A stretch of 32,000 nucleotides of DNA from the NCBI GenBank assembly GCA_934647235.1, contig CAKUFG010000015.1, forward strand, positions 15,905 to 47,904, in the 5' to 3' direction. Below the pieces are notes generated by a model, which saw only the letters and a program-made list of their open reading frames with translations, was not told where the DNA came from and did no database searches. This document shows positions 15,166 to 22,317 of the stretch, in pieces. The stretch comes from an uncultured Clostridia bacterium (GTDB taxonomy: Bacteria > Bacillota > Clostridia > Christensenellales > Aristaeellaceae). The first letter of the stretch is position 1; the number at the start of each line of letters is the position of its first letter. The translations under genes and the position numbers were made by a program.

Positions 15166-15460
15166 AGTCGCCCAACCGCTGCCTGCGGGGCAGCAGACAG
15201 CGCAGCTGGATGCCAGGGCTGGCGAAGCCAGACCAAGGGGGAAAGCGAAGGGATGACTGGGCGGAGCTTGCTCCAGACCAGGCAGCACAAGCTTTTCCTT
15301 GCCCCGCAGCGACCCGCTTCCCCTCCCTCTTTTATTACAGCCGCTTTTACGGCCACAACACAGGTTCTTTGTTACTTTCTTCACTGAAGAAAGTAACGTT
15401 CTCCCCGTCCCCTCCCCTTCGTCTCCTTTGTCCCCCCGTCCTCCCTGCCTCCCCCATTCA
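15166..15460 (+). repeat. S element copy C2 (second subtype)
   Basis: Core 15183-15309 has the outer stem CTGCGGGGCA/TGCCCCGCAG, compensatory relative to CCGTGGCA/TGCCACGG. Other helices: GGCTGGC-gaa-GCCAGaCC, GGGGGAAAGC...GCTTTTCCTT, CTGGgcGGAGC-tt-GCTCCagaCCAG. Palindrome GTTACTTTCTTCA-c-TGAAGAAAGTAAC at 15371-15397, then a ~60-nt C-run tail. Confidence 0.75.
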
Positions 15461-15512
15461 GTCCTGATTTTGCCTTGTTTCAATCGGGTCCGATTTTTCC
15501 TTGTTTCACCCC

Positions 15513-15541
15513 TTGACGCAGGGGCAAATTGCTGATATCAT
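15513..15541 (+). promoter_or_regulatory. Sigma-70-type promoter of the MATE gene
   Basis: TTGACG (15513-15518), 17 nt, TATCAT (15536-15541). It is about 40 nt upstream of the ATG at 15583. Confidence 0.6.
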
Positions 15542-15582
15542 ACTGGTTTGCACTTACTACAACGCATGTAAAGGAGAACGCA

Positions 15583-16947
15583 ATGCAGCAGCAGGAACGA
15601 AGCAGAATGCTGGGCACAATGCCCATGAATAAACTGGTCCCCAAGGTGGCCGTGCCCATCATGATCAGCATGCTGGTACAGGCGCTCTACAACGTGGTGG
15701 ACGGCATCTTTGTGGCGCGCTACAGCGCCGACGCCTTCACCGCCGTATCGCTGGTGTTCCCGGTGCAGATGCTCATGATCGCCGTATCCACGGGCCTGGG
15801 CGTGGGCATCAACAGCCTGATCAGCCGCCGCCTGGGCGAAAAGCGCGGCGACGCGGCGCTGGACGCGGCCAAGCACGGCATCTTCCTGGAGCTGTGCGGC
15901 GTGGCGCTGTTCTGCCTGTTCGGGCTGTTCCTGAGCAAGGTGTACATGCACATATTCACGGACGATGCGAACCTGCAGAAGCTGGGCGAGGAGTATCTGT
16001 TCATCGTCACGGTGTTCTGCCTGGGGCTTTTCATGTCGGTGGTGTTTGAGCGCATGCTGCAGGCCACCGGCAACACCACGCTGTCCATGGCCACACAGCT
16101 GCTGGGCGCGGTGGTCAATATCATCCTGGACCCCATCATGATCTTCGGCCTGCTGGGCTGCCCGCGCATGGGCATTGCCGGCGCGGCCATCGCCACGGTG
16201 ATCGGCCAATTCTGCGGCATGTTCCTGGGCTTCATTCTGAACCAGACGCGCAACCACGAGCTGCGGCTCACCTTGCGCCCCTTCTTCCGCCCGCACGGCG
16301 CGGTGCTGACGGACATCCTGGCCGTGGGCATCCCCAGCGTTGTGATGCAGGCCATCTCGTCGGTCATGAACGTGCTGATGAACATGATCCTGCTGGGCTT
16401 TGGCAACGTGGCCGTCAACGTGCTGGGCGCGTACTTCAAGCTGCAGTCCTTCGTCTTTATGCCGGTATTCGGCCTGAGCAACGGCCTGGTGGCCATTGTG
16501 GGCTACAATTACGGCGCGCATCTGCGCGAGCGCGTATACGCCGCCGTGCGCGTGGCGCTGCGCATGGCCATTGTGATCATGGCCGTGGGCATGCTGCTGT
16601 TTATGACCATTCCGCAGGTGCTACTCAGCCTCTTTGAGGCCGAAGGCGCGGGCGATCTGACCGCCGTGGGCTGCCCGGCGCTGCGCGTGATTAGCCTCAG
16701 CTTCATCCTGGCCGCCATCGGCATCACGCTGGGCACGGTGTTCCAGGCCGTGGGCAAGGGCATTTACAGCCTGATCAACAGCCTGTGCCGCCAGCTGATG
16801 GTGCTGCTGCCCGCCGCGTGGCTGCTCAGCCGCCTGGGCGGCCTGAGCGCGGTGTGGTGGAGCTTCCCCATCGCCGAGGTGGTATCGCTTGCCGTGTGCC
16901 TGCTGCTGTATCGCCGCGTGGACCGCACGATGCTCCAAACCCTGTAA
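15583..16947 (+). CDS. MATE-family efflux transporter
   Basis: About 454 aa with 12 hydrophobic segments and a typical MATE N-terminus (MLGTMPMNKLVPKVAVPIMISMLVQALYNVVDGIFVAR). Start moved from 15529 to the ATG preceded by AAGGAG at 15571-15576. Confidence 0.88.
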   Translation: MQQQERSRMLGTMPMNKLVPKVAVPIMISMLVQALYNVVDGIFVARYSADAFTAVSLVFPVQMLMIAVSTGLGVGINSLISRRLGEKRGDAALDAAKHGIFLELCGVALFCLFGLFLSKVYMHIFTDDANLQKLGEEYLFIVTVFCLGLFMSVVFERMLQATGNTTLSMATQLLGAVVNIILDPIMIFGLLGCPRMGIAGAAIATVIGQFCGMFLGFILNQTRNHELRLTLRPFFRPHGAVLTDILAVGIPSVVMQAISSVMNVLMNMILLGFGNVAVNVLGAYFKLQSFVFMPVFGLSNGLVAIVGYNYGAHLRERVYAAVRVALRMAIVIMAVGMLLFMTIPQVLLSLFEAEGAGDLTAVGCPALRVISLSFILAAIGITLGTVFQAVGKGIYSLINSLCRQLMVLLPAAWLLSRLGGLSAVWWSFPIAEVVSLAVCLLLYRRVDRTMLQTL

Positions 16948-16953
16948 GCAGCC

Positions 16954-17367
16954 ATGGCGTACCAGAGCGTTCTGCCCTATCTGAGGGATTGGCTGATGCA
17001 GCCCGCCGCCGTGCCTGCCGGGTATGCGCGGCGCGTGCACATCGCCTTTGACTATCGCGCTTACCGCGCGCGCTGCGGCCGCCCCACCGTGCGCCATGCC
17101 GACGCACAGGCGCGCGAAATCGCGGCGGCCGAGGCCGAAAAGTATGGTTTTACGCTGGATGACAGGCAGGTCTGCCAGCTGAGCGGCGAGATCCTGCTGC
17201 ATCAGCTGATCTATCCCCTGCCCGGTCTGGGCCGCGCCAGCACGGTGATCGACCTGGACGTCTGCGTGGACGCGCAAGGCTGCGGCGTTGTGCGCGATGG
17301 CCGCGGCCCGATCGACCTGTGCGCGCGGATGCTGTACCGCGCTGTGCATGGGGGAAGAATGCGCTGA
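16954..17367 (+). CDS. Hypothetical protein (137 aa, no recognisable domain)
   Basis: The ORF starts 7 nt after the MATE stop. Its codon usage (GC-rich third positions; ctg, gcc, atc preferred) resembles neighbouring genes. No clear RBS and no motif I recognise. Confidence 0.45.
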   Translation: MAYQSVLPYLRDWLMQPAAVPAGYARRVHIAFDYRAYRARCGRPTVRHADAQAREIAAAEAEKYGFTLDDRQVCQLSGEILLHQLIYPLPGLGRASTVIDLDVCVDAQGCGVVRDGRGPIDLCARMLYRAVHGGRMR

Positions 17368-17629
17368 TTCTTAAGCAATGTCCTTTGTACCCTCATCCGT
17401 TTCGCTGCGGCTCGTCCGCCTTCTCCCGCTTGGGAGAAGGCTTTTTTGTTGTGCTTTCGTCGAGTTACGGAATTATGCTGCCGCATTGGCGCAAGCACGA
17501 AATGCCTTCCCTTCGGAGGGGAAGGCTAATATAGCCGTGCACTTATCAACAAGCGGTTCGCGATATCCATATCAGCAAGCTTGCAAATAAGGCTTCCCCT
17601 AGGGGGGAAGCTGGCAGCGTAAGCTGACT

Positions 17630-17690
17630 GATGAGGGGGCCAGTTACGCGAGAATTCAAGTAGAATTGATACGCTGCGTTCCCCCTCATC
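17630..17690. repeat. G hairpin copy in island D
   Basis: GATGAGGGGG (17630-17639) / CCCCCTCATC (17681-17690). Both arms are flanked outward by a small hairpin plus a CTTC/GAAG GC hairpin, giving a cruciform-like ~150-nt palindrome. Confidence 0.8.
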
Positions 17691-17787
17691 CGTCTCGCTA
17701 TACGCTCGACACCTTCTCCCGCTTGGGAGAAGGCTTTTATGGTTGTGCTTTTGTTGAGTTTAGAAAGTACATTGCCGTATTGACGCC

Positions 17788-18150
17788 AATCATCGCGCCT
17801 GATTTCCGCACGCAACCTCGCCCCGTGGCACGCCGATTTTAATCGGCGCAGGGCGTGCGCAGCACGACCGAAGGGGAAATATTCAAGGGGACGGATGGCG
17901 CTTGCGCCGATCCGGACACGCGAATTTTCCCTGCCACGGGGTGGCCAGGGCCACTCCCAGTTTAATTCAATAGACTTTTACGTCATAAACAGGTTCTTTG
18001 TTACTTTCCTTGTACGCCCCGCGCTACTGCCTTACGGCAAGCGCGGGTTTCGGGCGGCAATTTGCAAAATTGCGCGCCCTCAGCCGCCTGCGGCGGCGCT
18101 ATGGCTCCAAGAAAGAATCGTTTCCTCCTCGTCTCCCCATCCCCCATCCG
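17788..18150 (+). repeat. S element copy D (3' palindrome interrupted by ~94 nt)
   Basis: Core 17821-17941 is nearly identical to copy A but has the hairpin GCCGAT-ttta-ATCGGC. The left palindrome arm GTTACTTTC (18000-18008) is separated from a right arm CTCCAAGAAAGAATCG (18105-18120) by hairpin-rich sequence (18009-18102). C-rich tail runs to about 18150. Confidence 0.7.
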
Positions 18151-18167
18151 CCGCGCAATAAAATGTT

Positions 18168-18207
18168 CCCCCGCCCAGCCAGAGCTTCCACTCCAGCCGG
18201 GCGGGGG
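18168..18207 (-). terminator. Intrinsic terminator after the GDPD gene (hairpin usable on both strands)
   Basis: CCCCCGCCCAGCC (18168-18180) pairs with GCCGGGCGGGGG (18196-18207). On the minus strand the stem is followed by AACATTTTATT, on the plus strand by TTGGCTTTAATTTTT. Confidence 0.55.
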
Positions 18208-18241
18208 TTGGCTTTAATTTTTAATGATCAGACTCCTTGCC

Positions 18242-19054
18242 TTAATAGCCAATGGAGCGCAGGTACTGATACAGCTGCAGCGTCCAGTCGGTCTGGATGA
18301 TATCATAGCCCTGGCGCGCCATCCAGCCCCAGGACTCGTCGGGATCGCCGCACAGCGCGGTATCGTCGCAGCGGGAGCCGGCCAGCGGGCGGCGGTCGTT
18401 AAAGCGTATAGCGTTGATCCATACCTTCTTGCCCAGGGCGTGCAGCGCGTCCACATACGCGCGCTGACCCAGCGGCGCGTCGTCGGTGGAAAACACTGCC
18501 TCCACGCCGCTGTAGCGCATATCGCGGCGGGCGGAAAGCATCTCGTAGGTATCATCCTGCTCGTACACAAAGGGCATATAGGGCAGATCGTAGGCCACCT
18601 CGGCCACCATATCAAAGTTTTCCTGCGTGGGGCGGGACTTGACGATCACCTGGTCCTGCATGCCCAGACGGCGCACCAGCTGCGCAATGCGCGCAGGATT
18701 GTGCTCAAACTTGTCGATATTGATGGTGCAGCGGCCCTTGAGGAACTGCAGCATATCCTCCAGCCGCGTCACGGTGTACGCAGTGGGATTGCCGTCCACG
18801 TTGACAAAGTGCAGCTTTTCAATCTCGGCGGCAGGCATCTGGCGGATGTCGATATCCTGACCCAGGCGGATTTTCTCGGCCTTGGGATGAAACACAAACA
18901 GCACGTCGTCCGCGCTCTTGGTCACATCCAGCTCGATGATATCCGCGCCCTGGCGCAGCGCCAGCGCAAAGGAGGCGTAGGTGTTGCCGGGCAGGTTGTA
19001 GCCGCAGGCGCCCATATGGGCCGAAATCAGCACGCGCTTTTTCAGTTCAATCAT
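18242..19054 (-). CDS. Glycerophosphodiester phosphodiesterase (GDPD) family protein
   Basis: 270 aa. N-terminal ISAHMG...GNT...IELDV pattern typical of the GDPD TIM barrel. AAAGGG RBS. It follows the LacI-fusion gene by 26 nt, so it is likely co-transcribed. Confidence 0.75.
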   Translation of the reverse strand: MIELKKRVLISAHMGACGYNLPGNTYASFALALRQGADIIELDVTKSADDVLFVFHPKAEKIRLGQDIDIRQMPAAEIEKLHFVNVDGNPTAYTVTRLEDMLQFLKGRCTINIDKFEHNPARIAQLVRRLGMQDQVIVKSRPTQENFDMVAEVAYDLPYMPFVYEQDDTYEMLSARRDMRYSGVEAVFSTDDAPLGQRAYVDALHALGKKVWINAIRFNDRRPLAGSRCDDTALCGDPDESWGWMARQGYDIIQTDWTLQLYQYLRSIGY

Positions 19055-19080
19055 ATCAATATTTACCCTTTCATAAAGAA

Positions 19081-21264
19081 TCAGTTTTCGGGTCTGAACG
19101 CTTTTTCAAAGGTGGTCTGGGCAAATTTCAGGGTGTCCTCCATGCTCATCACCCCGCTGTAGGCGGTGTTGACCGCCATGCCCAGGATGTTAAGGAACCG
19201 CTGCTCGTCAAAGTTGCTCACGCGCATGGGCGGGATATGGCTGGCGCGCGACAGGGCAAAGCAGTCCCGGGCCATCAGCAGCCAGGGGCAGCGGTCGATG
19301 ACCTCCAGGTTTTCATACGCCTTGCTGCAGGGCGAGGTGGTGCCCATCAGCATCATGGTGGTTGCGGTTTCCTCGCGGCACAGCCAGCGCAGGAAGCGCA
19401 GCGCCTCCTCCTTTTGCTCCGAGCGGCGGCAGATGCCGATGGTGCTGCCGCCCAGCATGGGGTTGCCGCCCGGCACCATGGCGTAGCCGATGCGGTCGCT
19501 GATGCGCGAATTGGAGGACATGATGTTGCTGGTAAAGTTGGAATACAGCACGGCGATGGCCGCGTTGCCGCTGGCAAAGTTATCGATCGTATCCTTCCAG
19601 GTGGCGCAGTGGGTAGGATCGATGCAGCCGTGCAGGTCAATCAGCTCCTGCATGGCCTGCACGGCCTCGGGGCTGGTCAGCAGGATGCGGCCGTCTGCGT
19701 CGTACAGCGTATCGGTATGGCTGAAATAGCGGGATAAGAACTCCTTGGCCGCCTCGCTGGCGCTGCCCAGCGTCAGGCCCGTGCCGAAATCCACCGGCGA
19801 GTCCGGATTGAACGCGCGGGTGAAGAAGCGCGCAATGCGGTTGTACTCCTGATAGGTGGTGGGCGGCAGCAGCTCGCAGTTGTACATTTCCGAATAGCGG
19901 CGGCGGAAGGCCGTGCTTTCAAACAGATCGCGCCGGTAGAACAGCAGCTGCGCGCTGGTGGTGTTGGGCAGGGCGTAGAGCGTGCCGTTCATGTGCGAAT
20001 ACTTGCGCGACAGGCCGGGCACAAAGGTATCGAAAATGCTTTCGATGTCGGGGTCGATTTCCTTCAGGGGCGTAAATACGCGCTCCATATAATAGGGCCA
20101 GCGCTTGCTGTCCAGGCGTGCCAGGTCAAACACATCGGTGTTTTCGATGCTGGACAGCACCTCGCTCAGCCCATCATAGGAATAGGCGGCAAAGCTGATT
20201 TCGGTGCCCGTTTCGCGGGTATACAGGCGCGATACATTGCGCAGGATGTTGATGCTGGGGCTGTCCTGGGTCAGGATGCTCAGCCTGCGGGCCTTCTTTT
20301 TGCCGCAGACGGGCGGCAGCCAGCTGCGCACGCCGTCCACCGGCAGCGTCTGCAGAGGCGCGGGCGCGCCCTCATCCTCCAGCTGGGCAATCAGCCGCTC
20401 CGCCGCGCGGCGGCCCAGCAGGCGGTAGTTCATTTCAAACTCGGTAAAATCCCCCATCGGCAGGGCAAAGAGCGGCGATACGCTGTACAGCCGGGGGCTG
20501 CCCTCATGGAAATGGCGGATGATGCTGCGCACCGTCTGGGCAAAGGCATAGTTGCCGATAAAGATCGCATCGGGCGCCGCTTCCCCGCCCAGCAGATCAA
20601 AGGCGTCGCCCGCACACTGGCTGCTTTCGGTCTGCCGGCAGGTAAGGGGCAGGCCGCGGGCGTCCAGCACATCGCGCAGACCGCGCAGCAGCTCGGACTG
20701 GGAGGAAAAGGCGTGGCTTTCCATCAGCGCCGCCGGGCTGCGGCAGCCCTCGGCAACGGCGCGGCGGGCCATATCGCAGCCCAGTGCGTAATAATCAAAG
20801 CCCAGGGCGGGCGCATTGGGGCCGGGAGAGCGCTCTACAAAGCAGATGTGCTGCACCCCTGCCGCCGCGTAGGCCGCGCCGTCGTCGTGCAGGCAGGTAA
20901 ACGCCGCCGCGCCGGCCATCATGCCTGACTGGATTTCGCCAATGGCGCGCTCCTCCTTTTCGGGCTGATCATCGGTCAGCAGCAGGCTTACCTGGTAGCC
21001 GCAGTTCTGGGCGTAATTGCGGAAGCTGGTAAAAAAATCCACATAGCAGCGGTTATACAGGCTGGGCAGCACTGCGGCCAGCGTTTTGGACGAACCGCGG
21101 CGCAGCACCTGCGCGCGCTGATTAAGGGCATAGCCCAGCTGCTGGGCTGCCTGCTGCACCTGACGGATCTTGGTGCTGCTGACGTTGCCCTTGCCGTTGA
21201 GGACGTTTGATACCGTGCCCTGCGACACGCCCGCGGCGCGCGCGATATCCTTGATGGTTGCCAT
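19081..21264 (-). CDS. LacI-type HTH + LacI/PBP1 sugar-binding core + family-1 solute-binding-protein domain fusion (cytoplasmic regulator)
   Basis: About 727 aa. Residues 1-60: MATIKDIARAAGVSQGTVSNVLNGKGNVSSTKIRQVQQAAQQLGY (LacI HTH). Next ~270 aa: LacI-like periplasmic-binding fold. C-terminal ~390 aa: SBP_bac_1-like (RLSILTQDSP..., LYALPNTTSAQLLFYRRDLFE, GNAAIAVLYSNF, GYAMVPGG, KEEALRFLRWL). No signal peptide. Start set at the ATG at 21264 (AAAGGAA RBS) rather than 21306. Confidence 0.8.
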   Translation of the reverse strand: MATIKDIARAAGVSQGTVSNVLNGKGNVSSTKIRQVQQAAQQLGYALNQRAQVLRRGSSKTLAAVLPSLYNRCYVDFFTSFRNYAQNCGYQVSLLLTDDQPEKEERAIGEIQSGMMAGAAAFTCLHDDGAAYAAAGVQHICFVERSPGPNAPALGFDYYALGCDMARRAVAEGCRSPAALMESHAFSSQSELLRGLRDVLDARGLPLTCRQTESSQCAGDAFDLLGGEAAPDAIFIGNYAFAQTVRSIIRHFHEGSPRLYSVSPLFALPMGDFTEFEMNYRLLGRRAAERLIAQLEDEGAPAPLQTLPVDGVRSWLPPVCGKKKARRLSILTQDSPSINILRNVSRLYTRETGTEISFAAYSYDGLSEVLSSIENTDVFDLARLDSKRWPYYMERVFTPLKEIDPDIESIFDTFVPGLSRKYSHMNGTLYALPNTTSAQLLFYRRDLFESTAFRRRYSEMYNCELLPPTTYQEYNRIARFFTRAFNPDSPVDFGTGLTLGSASEAAKEFLSRYFSHTDTLYDADGRILLTSPEAVQAMQELIDLHGCIDPTHCATWKDTIDNFASGNAAIAVLYSNFTSNIMSSNSRISDRIGYAMVPGGNPMLGGSTIGICRRSEQKEEALRFLRWLCREETATTMMLMGTTSPCSKAYENLEVIDRCPWLLMARDCFALSRASHIPPMRVSNFDEQRFLNILGMAVNTAYSGVMSMEDTLKFAQTTFEKAFRPEN

Positions 21265-21309
21265 AACCGCCGTTCCTTTCATATCTATTCTCAGGTAAAG
21301 ATGCATTTC

Positions 21310-21338
21310 AGTATAGCATAAAGGCGAAAATAATTCAA
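21310..21338 (-). promoter_or_regulatory. Sigma-70-type promoter of the LacI-fusion gene
   Basis: Minus strand reads TTGAAT (21338-21333), 17 nt, TATACT (21315-21310). The predicted TSS is upstream of the 21264 start and downstream of the 21306 ATG, which supports the shorter CDS. Confidence 0.6.
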
Positions 21339-21351
21339 TCTTTACAAGATT
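21337..21351. promoter_or_regulatory. Palindromic candidate operator AATCTT-TAC-AAGATT
   Basis: Perfect 6-3-6 inverted repeat that bridges and overlaps both divergent -35 boxes (21333-21338 and 21350-21355). Confidence 0.45.
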
Positions 21352-21378
21352 GACACGTTATAATTTCTGTGCTACAAT
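21350..21378 (+). promoter_or_regulatory. Consensus sigma-70 promoter of the TIM-barrel / FAD-oxidoreductase unit
   Basis: TTGACA (21350-21355), 17 nt, TACAAT (21373-21378). It is about 45 nt upstream of the ATG at 21423. Confidence 0.75.
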
Positions 21379-21422
21379 GATGCTGTACAAATCCGTGAAT
21401 CCGCAAATGAGGTGATATGCAT

Positions 21423-22301
21423 ATGCGTCTTGGTACCATGACCTCGCTGTTCCGCGATCGGAGAGAATGCGCCGAGCATTTCGGCTATATCGAGTCCATC
21501 CAGCGCTGCCGCAAGGCGGGCTTTACGGTGCTGGATATGAACCTGTGCGCGCTCAACCGCCGCCAGACCACCCTGCACCTGGACAACTGGCAGAAGCAGG
21601 TGGATGAAATCCGCAACGAGGCCGAGCGCCTGGGCTGCGTGTTTTCCCAATCCCATCCCCCCTATCGCCGCGGCCGCGACGGCGCCTTCGCCACCGCCGA
21701 AGAGGAAGAATTTTTCCGCGCCATGTCGCTGCGCGCCCTTGAAATCACCGCGATGCTGGGCGCCAAGTGGGCGGTGATCCACCCGGTGATGGACGTGACC
21801 GCCGACATCAACGATGTGGACGCGCATGTGCGCTGCAACCAGCAGATGTTCGCCCGCGAGGCCGAGCTGGCCGCCAGGCTGGGCGTGGGCCTGGCCTTTG
21901 AAAACATGTTTGACGGCGACCAGCGGCGCTTTGGCTCCACGGCGGAGGATCTGATCGCCATCCAGGATTCCTTCCATTCCGACCATATCGGCGTATGCTG
22001 GGATGTGGGCCACGCCAACCGCATGTATCATGGGCTGCAGCCGCTGGCCATCCGCAAGCTGGGCAGCCGCATCAAGGCGCTGCACATTGACGATAACCTG
22101 GGCAAGGACGACCTGCACCTGCTGCCCTTTGAGGGCAACGTAGCCTGGGAGCAGATCATGCACGAGCTGCATGACGGCGGCTGCGAAGCCGACCTGATCT
22201 ACGAAATCCGCAACAATGCCAACATGCCCGAGGCGCTGCGCGATGTCACGGCGCGCTACTGCTACGAGGTGGGCGAGTATCTGCTGTCGCTTTATCGCTG
22301 A
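21423..22301 (+). CDS. Sugar phosphate isomerase/epimerase (xylose-isomerase-like TIM barrel, AP_endonuc_2 family)
   Basis: About 292 aa with the LAFENM, CWDVGHAN and LHIDDN pattern of metal-binding residues typical of this fold. The GAGGTG RBS favours the second ATG (21423) over 21417. Confidence 0.82.
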   Translation: MRLGTMTSLFRDRRECAEHFGYIESIQRCRKAGFTVLDMNLCALNRRQTTLHLDNWQKQVDEIRNEAERLGCVFSQSHPPYRRGRDGAFATAEEEEFFRAMSLRALEITAMLGAKWAVIHPVMDVTADINDVDAHVRCNQQMFAREAELAARLGVGLAFENMFDGDQRRFGSTAEDLIAIQDSFHSDHIGVCWDVGHANRMYHGLQPLAIRKLGSRIKALHIDDNLGKDDLHLLPFEGNVAWEQIMHELHDGGCEADLIYEIRNNANMPEALRDVTARYCYEVGEYLLSLYR

Positions 22302-22317
22302 GGAGACGGCTTGTGTT

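Larger units (their letters stand above)
14786..15460. repeat. Mosaic hairpin-repeat island C (G, gamma, S-C1, degenerate gamma, S-C2, long C-rich tail)
   Basis: Uses the same module vocabulary as islands A, B and D. It is bracketed by ~27-nt direct repeats at 14758-14785 and 15484-15510. Confidence 0.85.
17385..18150. repeat. Mosaic hairpin-repeat island D (gamma, beta-like, G palindrome, gamma, S with split palindrome)
   Basis: Same module set as the other islands. It includes CCTTCCC-ttcg-GAGGGGAAGG, GGCTTCCCC-tagg-GGGGAAGC and CTTCTCCC-gctt-GGGAGAAGG hairpins, and a large imperfect palindrome centred on 17630-17690. Confidence 0.85.
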
